Origin: Macrostomum lignano
Lineage: Eukaryota
Direction: 5' to 3'
DNA: 64,000 nt
Assembly (NCBI GenBank): GCA_002269645.1
Contig: NIVC01002974.1
Coordinates: forward strand, 64,127-128,126
Position numbers and translations under genes: made by a program
In this document: piece by piece, positions 12,110 through 24,638 of the stretch
How positions within the stretch are numbered: position 1 is the first letter of the stretch
How the letters are laid out: every line of letters starts with the position of its first letter
The notes under the pieces: generated by a model
What the model was told of the DNA's origin: nothing
The model's database searches: none
Seen by the model: only the letters and a program-made list of their open reading frames with translations

Positions 12110-15100
12110 GAAATTGACGCCAATGAAGTAATACGCGAGCGAAATCATGGTGCGAGCGGGCCAGTTCAGTGTGCTACACTATGGCCGAAGATTATTTCAG
12201 CAGTACTTAGTGGACATGTGTGCCAAGATTGAGGCAGAGAGGCTGCTGTATTTGCGGACCGATCAGCAGGACCTGCGCAGCGAGACGTATAGCGGTCTGC
12301 GGGACGCTCTCTTTGCAGCTGATGGCAGGTCTACCGACAGAGATCCGAGTGACATAGGCAAGCCCGCACATGTGCTTCTGTCCTCAAGCTTCGTTGGTAG
12401 GCCAAGGTACCTGATGGAGAGGCTGCAGGACGCTATGACCTATGTTCACAAGTTTGGTAAGCCGGACCTGTTTGTCACGGCAACATGCAATCCGAATTGG
12501 CCTGAGATCAGCGCCCAGCTGCTGCCTGGACAGCGGGCTGAACACCGGCCGGACATTGTTAGCCGAGTCTTTGAAATGAAGAAAAAAGCTCTGCTGGCCC
12601 AGCTAACGAAGCGCTATGGGAAAGAGGCCGCGCACGTCTGCTCGCTAGAGTACCAAAAGCGTGGTGAGTGCAAGTCTCAGTATTAAATTTTATGAAATTT
12701 AAATCGTTATAAAGATACTAAATATAGGTGGGTTTGTATGATGCAAATTCGATACAGATCGGATAATTGGACTGAAAGATGTCTTGATACTTTTTTTGAT
12801 AATCCAGGTCTCCCCCATGTGCACTTTCTGCTGTGGCTCGCGAGCGGCCAGCGAGTGACTCCGGACCGATACGATGACATCGTGTCTGCCGAGATTCCGG
12901 ACCCACAGCAGCAGCCTGTGCTGTATGAGCTGGTGAAAACGCACATGATCCATGGTCCTTGTGGCAAGGACAATCCAGCGTGCCCGTGCATGGAGAATGG
13001 CGAATGCAGCAAGGGCTTTCCGAAGGAGTTCCAGCAGGTGACGCTGATCAGCGATACTGGCTACCCACTGTACCGCAGACTGTCGCCTGAGATAGGTGGA
13101 TTTACAGTGGACAAACTGTTCAAAGGCCGCAGCATTCGCATGGACAATAGGCGAGTCATGAGTATTAGATGCCTCTTGTATTTTATGTTGGAAACGTTTG
13201 ACAATGTTTTTATCCTTAAACCACAGGTGGGTTGTGCCTTATAGCCCTGAACTGTTGCTCCAGTTTGCGTGCCACATGAACGTTGAAGTTTGTGCCACTG
13301 TAAAGTCGGTCAAGTACGTGATCAAGTACTTGCTGAAGGGCGGCGACATGGCAACGTTCAAAGTCAATGCCAATCAGAATTCTGCTGAAGCGACAGAGCA
13401 GAGTGCGGGTAGTCAGCAGCCGGCACAAACGGTAGCGGCAAACGATGGAGAGAGGCCGCGTGATGAAATCAAGGAGTATCTGTCTGCGCGCTACATTGGC
13501 CCAATGGAAGCTGTGAATACAATTTTGGGCTTTGAAGTAATAAATATTTTAAATTTTAAATATTGCAAAGCTATGGCTTTTTGTATTCGGAAAAACTTAA
13601 AAGTGATTATTTCTCTCCCACCTTCTGATCAGGTGCACGACAGATTTCCGGCGGTCATCCGGCTCTGCGTTCACAAGTCGGAGGAGCAGCTCGTGTATTT
13701 CAACGAGCAGACCGCAAGTGCTAGAGCCAGGACGCCGAGGGACTCTACGTTGACGGCATTTTTCAAGCTGTGCCGTACTGACGAGTTCGCTCGGTCCTTG
13801 CTCTACACGGAGGTGCCGTCCTACTTCGTGTTGCATGCCAGTGAAAGAGTGTGGCGGCGGGCGAAGCGAGGCGCGAAGCCGATGGCCACCCGGGTGTAGT
13901 GCGGAACACAAACGTTGCACGCATGTACACGGTGAGCCCAAGAACTGGTGATTTATTTTATGTTCGCATGCTCCTTTTGCGAGTCAAGGGACCAACCAGC
14001 TTCGAGGCGCTGCAGACCGTGGACGGCGTTGTGCATCCCAGCGCCAAGGCTGCTTGCATGGCACTTGGCCTGTTGCAGCGAGATGACCACTGGCGACGGT
14101 GCCTAGCTGAGGCCGTTCAGTCAAGAATGCCAAGAGCCCTGAGACACCTTCTGGCTGTCATTCTCGTATGGGGCGAGCCTGAGGATGGCAACGACCTCTG
14201 GTGCTCTTTTGCCGAAGATATGTGCGAGGACCTGCGGTTCCACCATCGAGATCTAAGTGCCGAGGAGATTACTGACCTAGCGCTCCGCGAGCTGCAGAGC
14301 ATGCTGACCTCCATGGGTGGGAGAAGCCTGCCAGAGTACGGCTTGCCTGCGGCCTCCGTGATGCCTCAAGATGGACCGATGCAGTTCGATACGATTGAGC
14401 AAGCGCAGATTACTGAGGCACGCTTACCAATGCTAACAGACGAGCAGAAAGCCGTGTACGAGTCAGTGACTCAGGATCTTGTGAGCGGCAACGGCGGCTT
14501 GCACTTCCTGGACGCGCCCGCTGGCACTGGCAAAACCTTCCTGCTGGAGGTTTTGCTGGCCTTCGTGCCCAGCCGGGGTGAAGTCGCTCTCGCCGTTGCG
14601 GCTTCTGGAATCGCAGCGACTCTGTTGCCAGGTGGACAAACTGCGCATTCCACGTGAGTTGTTTATATTTAATTTGTAAATTATTGGTAACTTACGGATA
14701 ATTAAACAAGTAAATATGTGAATACTTCCTCTGCTGTATGATACCCAAATTTTTCCATGTCAGGTTCAAGATACCAATTCGGGTATTACGCTCAAACAAG
14801 GACGTGTGCGCTGTTGGAGTGCAGTCCAAACAAGCTGATGTATTTCGCACAGCGCGTCTAATTGTGTGGGACGAGATTTCTATGACAAACTGGAAGGATT
14901 TGGAGGCTGTCGACCGGTGCTTGCGAGATGTGCGGAAGCAGGACTCGCCATTTGGCGGACTGGTGTTTGTGTGCTCTGGTGACTTCCGGCAGCTTCTACC
15001 GGTTGTGGTGCATGGGACTCGTGCTAACAGCGTCATGGCGTGTGTGAGCCGATCCTCACTGTCGAAATACTTCCAACGGCATCGCCTGACGAGAAACATC

Positions 15101-16083
15101 CGGATGCTGAGCAGTTCCGATTCTGTAGCGTATCAGATGTACACTGAGCTACTCAAGCAGGTAAGTCTGATTTCATCAGTTTATTAAATGATTGACAATG
15201 ATACACTAGACGCGGATTTGTTTTTGAGCTCAATTTTTTAAGTTTGCGTCATTTAGGAATGCCTATGCTTAAAAGTGTGTATAGGTTATGAAATATTCGA
15301 CATTTTAACCCTCCACAGATCGGATCCGGAACAATGGAGCAGGATGTGGAGGAGAAAGTGTCTCTGCCAGCCGAGATCGTGATTTCTGCGGAAGGGCCTC
15401 TCACTGACCTGATCAATTTTGTGTACCCATCGTTTGAAGAACCAGTGGAGAGAGACAGCTACTTTGCAAACCGAGCGATCCTGGCGCCTTACAATGACTC
15501 AGTGGATACCATCAATGAGACGTGTCTGGGCATGTTCCCCGGAAGCCTGCGAGAGTACCGCTCAATAGACAGTGAGGCCGATGAGGATGCCGCTACGCAC
15601 TTCCCGCCTGAGTTGCTGAACCAGCTGGATGCCCCGAACTTTCCGATTCCCTTGTTGAGGCTGAAAGTGGGTATGCCAGTAGTGCTTCTGAGGAATATCA
15701 ACCCGCCACGGTTGTGCAATGGTACGCGGCTCATCATACTCGCGATGGGCGAGAACGTGATTCGGTGCAAGATTGCCGCTGGCCAGTTCACGGGAGATGA
15801 GATTCTTCTGCCGCGAATCCCGCTGATTCCTAGCAATGCGGACCTGCCCGTCAGTTTTAAACGATTACAGTTCCCTGTGAAGCCGAGTTTCTGCCTGACG
15901 ATCCACAAGTCACAGGGACAGTCTCTGGACACAGTTGGCGTGGACCTCGCTGTCGGTTGCTTCACTCATGGCCATCTGTATACGGCTCTGTCGCGAGCAA
16001 GGAACTCTGCTAATGTCCGTGTCCGTACTTCTGGAACTAAGACGAGGAACGTGGTGTACCCAGAGGTGCTGACTGGAGACTAA
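12110..16083 (+). pseudogene. Helitron Rep (HUH endonuclease) - PIF1-like SF1 helicase gene with 5 introns
   Basis: Spliced motifs: EYQKR|GLPHVHFLLW (intron 12664-12807), DNR|WVVPY (13151-13226), KYVIKYLLKGGD, GFE|VHDR (13537-13632), DAPAGTGKT (Walker A), HST|FKIP (14654-14763), WDEISM, GDFRQLLPV, LLKQ|IGSG (15161-15318), TIHKSQGQSL, YTALSR. Defects: in-frame TAA at about 12128, a frameshift near 13880 and a missing N-terminus. Confidence 0.93.
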
Positions 16084-16365
16084 GCGATTTCGGACGCTAT
16101 TCGTGAGTTCAAGTCCAAGGGATGTGTTTGAGAAGTGTCTGGCGTCTGACTGTAGAGAATGAAATCAAAGTCGCGTGGAGTCTCAATGAACTGATAGCCC
16201 TGAGAGAGTACATTGAGTAAATCCTATTTACGAGGGATGTTTCATAAGTTCTTTCTTATACTCATCTATAACAGTTTTACATGAACATAATATACAGTCA
16301 TTTAACAGACAAAAACTACAGCCACTGATCATACAGTCACTATGCAGACAGTCTCTAAACAGAAA

Positions 16366-17100
16366 ATAATACAGCCTCTAAACAGACAATACAGCCTCTA
16401 AACAGACAATACAGCCTCTTAACAGACAATACAGCCTCTAAACAGACAATACAGCCTCTTAACAGACAATACAGCCTCTAAACAGACAATACAGCCTTTA
16501 AACAGACAATACAGTCTCTAAACAGACAATACAGCCTCTAAGCAGGCAATACAGCCTCTAAACAGGCAATACAGTCTCTACAGACAATACGGTCTCTAAA
16601 CAGACAATACAGTCCCTAAACAGACAAAACAGCCTCTAAACAGACAATACAGCCTCTAAACAGACAATACAGTCTCTAGACAGACAATACAGTCTCTAAA
16701 CAGGCAATACAGCCTCTAAACAGACAATACAGTCTCTAAACAGACAATACAGCCTCTAAACAGACAATACAGCCTCTTAACAGACAATACAGCCTCTAAA
16801 CAGACAATACAGCCTTTAAACAGACAATACAGTCTCTAAACAGACAATACAGCCTCTAAGCAGGCAATACAGCCTCTAAACAGGCAATACAGTCTCTACA
16901 GACAATACGGTCTCTAAACAGACAATACAGTCCCTAAACAGACAAAACAGCCTCTAAACAGACAATACAGCCTCTAAACAGACAATACAGTCTCTAGACA
17001 GACAATACAGTCTCTAAACAGGCAATACAGCCTCTAAACAGACAATACAGTCTCTAAACAGACAATACAGCCTCTAAACAGACAATACAGTCTCTAACAG
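16366..17100. repeat. 20-bp minisatellite (AAACAGACAATACAGCCTCT) with a 318-bp higher-order repeat
   Basis: Tandem units; diagnostic variants recur 318 bp apart (16541/16859 and 16591/16909). Confidence 0.95.
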
Positions 17101-18325
17101 ACAATAATACAGTCACTAATACAGTCGCTGAACAGACCATAAAATACAGTCAGTAAACAGATAATAGTACAGGTATATATAAGCAGGTGAAACATGTATG
17201 TATAATTGGAATTTATAAAGCAGCCCTCATTGAGAGTAGGTTGACTGCATCTTAACTGGGCTAAAAGAGTTTGTGAATGGTGTATAGGAGCTGCTCTATA
17301 TACCCTGTGGTTCCAGACTCTAAAAGGAGCATTTGCAGTCAAGCTCTGTAGCAGCCTTAAGCAGAGCGGAGCGACTTAATGTTTGGTTTGAGAATGAATG
17401 TATCTACCTTTGCTTACACCCAATGCATGCAATTGAGCAGTGACGCGAGTCGGCAGGTAGTCAGGATGGCATATACATGTACATTTTTGTACTGCTAAAG
17501 CTATACTGGCTGCTTGTCGATGGCACCATCTGCTGAAGCGACAGTCTATCCTTTTGTTCATTAATTATTATTCAATACATTATTTTAAATTTTCACCTGC
17601 TATTAGCAGCAGAAGATCATATTATATCATTTGAATAAATACATGCGTTTGTTTAACTATTGTTTCACTTTTGAACGTCAATTTTCGGTTGTTTAAAATC
17701 TAATTAAAAGCTCGTACCGTTTGTTGTTTCTTTATTTGTTGTAGTTCGTAAAAGTACAGTTGAATAAAACTGTTAATTTTTACATTTACTGTGTATAATA
17801 TTTTGTTAAACTAACAGAAATGTTTATTACTTCGGCGAATTTATTCACGCAGTTTCGTATCACCCTACACTCAAAGTATGCAAGTATTAAATTGTACGCG
17901 TATATGCACGTTCTTTGTATTGACGTTCTATGGCGAAAATAAATAAAGCTTAAAATATCTCACGTCATTAATTAAGAATATTCTGTTCACAAAAATTTGG
18001 TGCATAAGCGCTCACAAACTTATGCAAATGTCAGGCTGTAGGGTTAGTGTTAGGGTTGGTGTTAGCCAGGGTTTAGATTTAGTGTTTAGATTTAGATTTA
18101 GATAGAAATAATGGAAGCGTCGTGAAAAATAATGGAAGCATCATGCAAACAATCATAGAAGCACCATGCAAAAACTCGTGAACAGAATATTAAATTAAGG
18201 GTTATGGTTAGGGTTAGAAGTTTGACAGGATATTTTTTCAGATTTCAAGGCTGAGCTACATGTAGCTTATTAAAAAACGTGTATTGCATTTCTTTTGCTC
18301 CCCAACGGGGGGCGTTGATTGCTAG

Positions 18326-19880
18326 TATCTCCTAAAATTCCAGAAAAACCTCCACGAATTCCAGACTCCATCATTCTCAACATTTCTTCATTCTGTATCA
18401 ATTCTAATTTAATTCCTGTAAATTTTAAAGCACAATTCCAAGCTAATCCAGAAAGCGAATAACAATATGCTGGGTCTATTCTGAAGTATTCTAACAACGT
18501 GGATCTAAACTTCTCGAATGCACTAACAAAATCAAATATAAATCTTTTATCTTCTTCAGATAATATAAATGGAGGTTTTAGAAATCTAGATCCGTCTAAA
18601 AATACAACTCGACTTGTATAATTCCCACAGGTTATTGCAACATGATCTTCGGATGATTTCGAAATAAAGTTAACTTTATATATTTTTTTCTAATCTTGTT
18701 GAAGGTTCGACAAGATAGTTGAGATCGATTCAAGATTCATTAAGAAGAAATAATGGAATAGTTTGATTATTTTTACCCTCTTTTGTATTACAAGATTGAC
18801 ATGCTGCTTCTCGATATTTTCCATTATAATGATTATGCTCTCTAACTTTTACACATTCGTCGAAAGATCTCGAACATAAAAAACAATTTGTCGTTTCCCT
18901 ATAAATATTTTCTTCCTCTTCTGACAGATTAGGGTTAGGGTAATTATTCATAAGTTTTTTCACATGCTCAAATCTATTTAACACAGTATTAACAAAATCA
19001 TTAATTTCGTTCCCGTAGTATATTAGATTTTTTAAGAGTTTAGGGTAGTGTGAACGAATGTATAAAGTCCAATTTGATAATTTCTCCGTTGAATCATAAT
19101 CTAATATTGCAGAAAATACTAAGGCCTTTCTAACACTCATGTAATGATTTTTAAATTCTATTGTGGTTTTCTTTTTTGGAATTTCTATTATCGTTTTAAA
19201 ATCAGTACAAATATGATTATCGAGTGCTTTTTGAGAATATTTAATTTGAAGACATTTTCTACATAAATAAACTTTATTCTTAGTAGTAAGAAATGTTTCT
19301 AAATTAGTAATTAGACAATAATGCCCTTCAACAAGTAGTAGATCAATAACTTTGGGATTATTATATTCTTCTGTCAATCGAATTAAATAAAGTGTTTCAT
19401 TCTTTGTTTTATCTCTCAATCCAAAAACATTTATGTGAAGATTTTTCAGCTTTTCAATCTTTAAAATATCTTTGACATTTATTGGAAAGTTTAAATCACC
19501 AAATTTAATTTCATTTACAAATTCTACATATTTTCCAACTCTATATCGATGCTTTTTTACCGGATGAAGTTTTGCTAAAATTGACCATAGAAAACACCTA
19601 ATATCTGTGTTCTTTACATTTAATATAGCATTTGTATTAATAGGAATTTTAATATATGTACCTCGTGATCTCAATTGATTAACTCCAACAATTTTTAATT
19701 TTATCTTTTCTAATTCAAAAAACATATAACCAGAACCTTTTTCAATAAACTCATCCTTCCACGCTCCGAATTCATCGAGAATATCATCGAAAGTACTTTC
19801 AATAGACTCTTCGATTCGGAGGAGGTTAAAAATAGTTCTATATTTAAAATGATATTCAAATTCTATAAAATTATCATCGC
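18326..19880 (-). pseudogene. Polinton/Maverick-type protein-primed PolB, upstream fragment with endonuclease VII-like zinc domain
   Basis: FIEKGSGY...TYIKIP...NVKNTDIRCFLWSILAKL, CFLCSRSF...KVREHNHYNGKYREAACQSCN, and IDPAYCYSLSGLAWNCALKFTGIKLEL...MESGIRGG. Contains frameshifts. Confidence 0.92.
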
Positions 19881-21147
19881 ATTGCATCGTGAGTCAGATG
19901 TTGCAATCGAACTCATTCAGATGCTTGTGCATCTCCTTTAGTTCGTCTTCAGTGCCGGCGAAGACCATAAAATGTCGTCAATGTAGCGCTTGAAGAAACG
20001 AGGGGTAAACGGAGCAGCTTCTGAAGCTTTGGATTCCCAGGCAGACATAAATATGTTGGCGTAGGATGGCGCAAAGGCCTTTCCCATGCTTGTGCCTTTG
20101 ACTTGAAGGTAGCGCGTGTCGTTGAAAACAAAATCATTTTTGTTCAAGTTAATGTCCAGGAGCGCAAGAAGATGGTTATCTGGCCTTGAGGTTTGGGGAA
20201 ATGTTTGAAAGGCATCTCTAATGGCGTCCATCCCCTTATCAGTGGAAATATTAGTGTACAGGGATTCAACACCATTGTAACCAGAAAGACATTTTCGTCT
20301 TTTCAAAAATCAAATCATTAATAGCCGCTTGAAAGTGGTCCGTGTCTCGGATGAAGGAGTCTTGTTCCTTAGCGATCGGCTGTAGGAAGAGATCGATAAA
20401 TTTGGCGCCCATGTAGCTTTCCGAGCTGCAGTCCGAGACAATGGGTCTCCCAGGAGGCACTCCAGGAGTAGGCCATTCTTCGGAATCCTTATGGATTTTT
20501 GGCAAAAGGTAAAAAATTCGATCTCTTGGAATAGTTGGCGGAATCAGTTGCAGGTATTGATGATTAGTAATTATCTTTTCTTCTTTAAGATCATGAAAAA
20601 TGGCTTTGATAATGGCACTGGTCTGGGCGCTCATTGCAGTGTCAAGGGGTTGGTAGAAGGTCCTGTTGGAGAGCTGCCTGTTAGCTTCCAGTATGTAATC
20701 AGTTCGATTCATAACGACCATATTGCTGCCCTTGTCGGCAGGTTTAATGACGATACTGCTATTGTCTCGAAGAGTCTTCAGTGCCATTCTCTGCTGCTCC
20801 TGAAGGTTTGGCTTGTTGTGTATGATTCTTGGAATCCTAATCCTGTTTAGGCTTTCAAAAAGGTCTCTGTGAGAGCGCCACTTGTCCAAGTTGATGTTGG
20901 GGATCGAAGCTCGGCCAGTATAAGGGATGCGCGGGGTGTAAGCACACGCACACGTGCGACGCTGAAGCAGGGAGTTAAGAACTATTCTCTGCTTTAAAAC
21001 CTTGATGGGGTCAGAAAGGACGCTGGACCCCATAACAATTGGGGCTGGCACAAAGTTCTTCCCCACTCCTAAAATTTCGGTTTCGCAGTCAGAAAGACGA
21101 TAATTCGATAAGTTCAAGACTTGGTTGCTAGCCGCATTTCTAAAAAC
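19881..21147 (-). mobile_element. Penelope-like element reverse transcriptase, 3'-truncated with no GIY-YIG endonuclease
   Basis: NLSNYRL...GKNFVP, IVIKPADKG, FYLLPKIHK...PGRPIVS, VESLYTNI, GTSMG..FAPSYANIFM, RYIDD. Single-base deletions near 20295, 20270 and 19970 and a TGA near 19893. Confidence 0.92.
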
Positions 21148-22690
21148 CTACAAGTTTTTTTGCACTTTGCCGTAGACAAAACTGAAGACCTCCAAGGCCG
21201 ATTGGTCAGATAGTGTGACCTTGTCTGACAGGAAGGTCAAACCCTGTCTGGGTAGTGACATGTGCCCCTTCTGGTTGAGATTCTGGGCATAGCGGTTCAA
21301 TTTTTCCACGTTGCTTCGGACGCTGTCCGTTGCCTCGGCATCCACCACTGAGTCAAGTGTGTAGATATTTGCCTCTGGAAAGGCCTTGCGACAATGATTC
21401 ACGATTGTCGTGAGCTGCTTGTCGAGGACACCTTCAAATTGTCTCGACAGGTCATGACCACAAGGGAAGAGAATGACCGCTTTGACAGCTGAGCTAGGGT
21501 TTTTCAACTGCTCACGCAGCACCCTGATTAGGTTCTCAGCGCGTAGATTCGGAAAAATTTCAAATTGTACATCTGGGTGCGCTTGCCCGGGCTCAGAGAG
21601 ACTCTCATCGCCGATTGCGATCGTTGACTTTTCGATAGGGGTCAGTTTCCAGTCTTTCTTAAGTCCCCTATGGACGTTAATCTGGCTTGGTTGAGCAAGT
21701 GCCGATCGAGGAGGGGTCAGCTCAAGACTGTCCCTATTGTTGTCACTAGTAAGCCTGGGTGGCTCAGCGCAAGCAAATCTACTCTGTAGAACTGCATCGT
21801 TGTCGGTGAGTGTCGCAAAAGACACGGAAGAGTCAGCCTGGCTGGCATCGATGTTGTTGCTATTAGCAGCAGCTGGGGATGTCTGGTCACAGACCACCCC
21901 CGTGTCAAGCCCCTGGTCACAGGCGACTTGACTCTGCTATTGACGACTCGAAGTCAAGATGGCAGGTATCGGAATAGCTGATTCGTTTTGATCAGCAGCA
22001 ATGGAGTTTACAGGTGGAGGTGTCTGGTCACAGACCACCCCCGTGTCCAGCCCCTGGTCACAGGCAGCTGGACCCTGCATTTGCGTATTGAACCCTTCAG
22101 GCGGCTCTTCTGTCGGAAAAATCGGCGGGCAAGCTTGGTTGTCCTCGTCCGTATGGCTTAGCACGCTCGGTTCCTCGTTAAAGCCTCGCCAGTCGGGAGA
22201 TTCTTCCATGCCCGTTGAAGGGCTGGAGGGACGATTCCCTGCTGGTTGCTCCCTCCCCTGCTCAGTTGTCACAGGGCTGGCGGCTTGGTGGGGTTGATTC
22301 GAACCCACCACCCCAGACAAGAGGTTTGACACGGGAACCCCCATAGAGTTGGTGGTTTGGTTACTTACAATCACAGTATCAAAAGAAGAGATAGTCCTAC
22401 CTTTGTTAGCATTAAATTCAGGTACCTTCAGCTCGATGGACATTTTTTTCAACCGGTATAGCAGCAGATCAGGGCTGTAGCTGAATCTTCTGCCGAGGTC
22501 CTTCGCCGCCCAGTGAAAACCGACTTGCCAGCCGGTTTCCCAATCAGAAGGGTCAGCGTCCTTCCTGGCTTCCAGAAGTTCAGCAGCTGGATGATGGATG
22601 CTGATCTCATAATGGCTCTGCATTGTGTCTAGCGTGCTGACTTCCCACTGCTCGGCGTTCTCAGCAATCCGCGATTTTGTCGATAGATAG
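21148..22690 (-). CDS. Upstream ORF of the Penelope-like element: low-complexity region plus an SGNH-like C-terminal domain
   Basis: ORFs 21937-22722 and 21148-21897 share one frame, separated by a single TAG. C-terminus reads AIGDE...FPNLRAE...VILFPCGHD...NVEKLN...SDKVTL. Internal ~45-bp duplication (CDQGLDTGVVCDQT twice). Confidence 0.55.
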
Positions 22691-22870
22691 ATAGATAGTA
22701 GATAGCTGAATGTATCTACCAATCAAGCTGAAAGTACGCACACAAGATCACCGGAAACGATTAAGGCAGCTGGAAAGCCAATGGGCGCAGTAAGCGCTTT
22801 TATCCAGAGGAACTACCTGCTGGAACCAGCCATGCCGAACGAAAATCAGACTACTCAAGTAGTGCAAAAG

Positions 22871-23537
<667 letters not shown>

Positions 23538-23731
23538 GAATTATATCGATATGAAAAGTACTTCAAAACATTGAATTACAAGGTAAGTGCGCGTGTATCA
23601 GAGAAAAAAAGATTTAGTTCTCAAGTCTGTCTTGGCTAAATAAACTTCACTGGTACAAACCACGAAATCAAATTAAATTAAAAGGTGGCCACCAAAAATT
23701 GAACAAGTGGCCACCAGCAGCAGCAACTTAC

Positions 23732-24152
23732 CGTTGGTGTAGCTCAGCCGGAGCACCCGGTTTCGCCACATACCTCCGCAGTTCTGGCCCCAGTTTCCAC
23801 TGCAGGTATCGCTGCACTCCCAGTAAGGAGCAGCGCCCTGCGACCCGTAGGAGTTGCCGCAGTGGCACCAGTACGCGGCCTGCAGAGCCGCGAACTGGAA
23901 GCCGCCCAGAGCGCAGGCGCTGCTGCACACCTCGCGAGTCATCTGACCGCAGTTGATAGAATCGTATATCTGAGATACCTCGGAGCTGCCGATCCGTGTG
24001 AGGCCGATGTTCTTCATGCCACCGACGTCTCTCACGCCATTCGTGCCGTCAACGAAGCAGCCGAGGTCCGAGATCTGGAACTCCCGGCAGAGAGCGGCGC
24101 AGATCAGGCAGCTCAGGATCGGAGCAGCGCAGAGGATCCGGCAGAGAGGCAT
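23732..24152 (-). pseudogene. WSC-domain gene copy A: exon 1 only, PAN exon lost
   Basis: Exon 1 protein is identical to copy B up to SYTN, with a GTAAGT donor. Downstream the sequence jumps (about 23690) to a region matching 25090-25190, skipping exon 2. Confidence 0.7.
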
Positions 24153-24363
24153 GGCCAGGCTGGGTTTGTCAGTTTGGCAGAAGATTGCCGAATCTCTGTG
24201 CGAGAGGCTAAATAACAGCAGCCTTATTGATGCGTTGCCATGGAGACTCTCAGCAGGCAGCGGGTTGGTCCGCTGCAGGTTCTCGTTGCTGATTAAGTCG
24301 AACTTTATGATGCGTATTCTATGTTAATATATATATTCTATTCTGACATTTTTGCTATTTTTA

Positions 24364-24638
<275 letters not shown>

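Larger units (their letters stand above)
10965..18325 (+). mobile_element. Helitron with a degenerate Rep/Helicase gene (copy 2)
   Basis: 5' TC termini at 10965 and 10981. The 3' end has a hairpin (ctcccc-aac-gggggg) and CTAG ending at 18325, followed by T. Contains RepHel exons. Confidence 0.9.
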
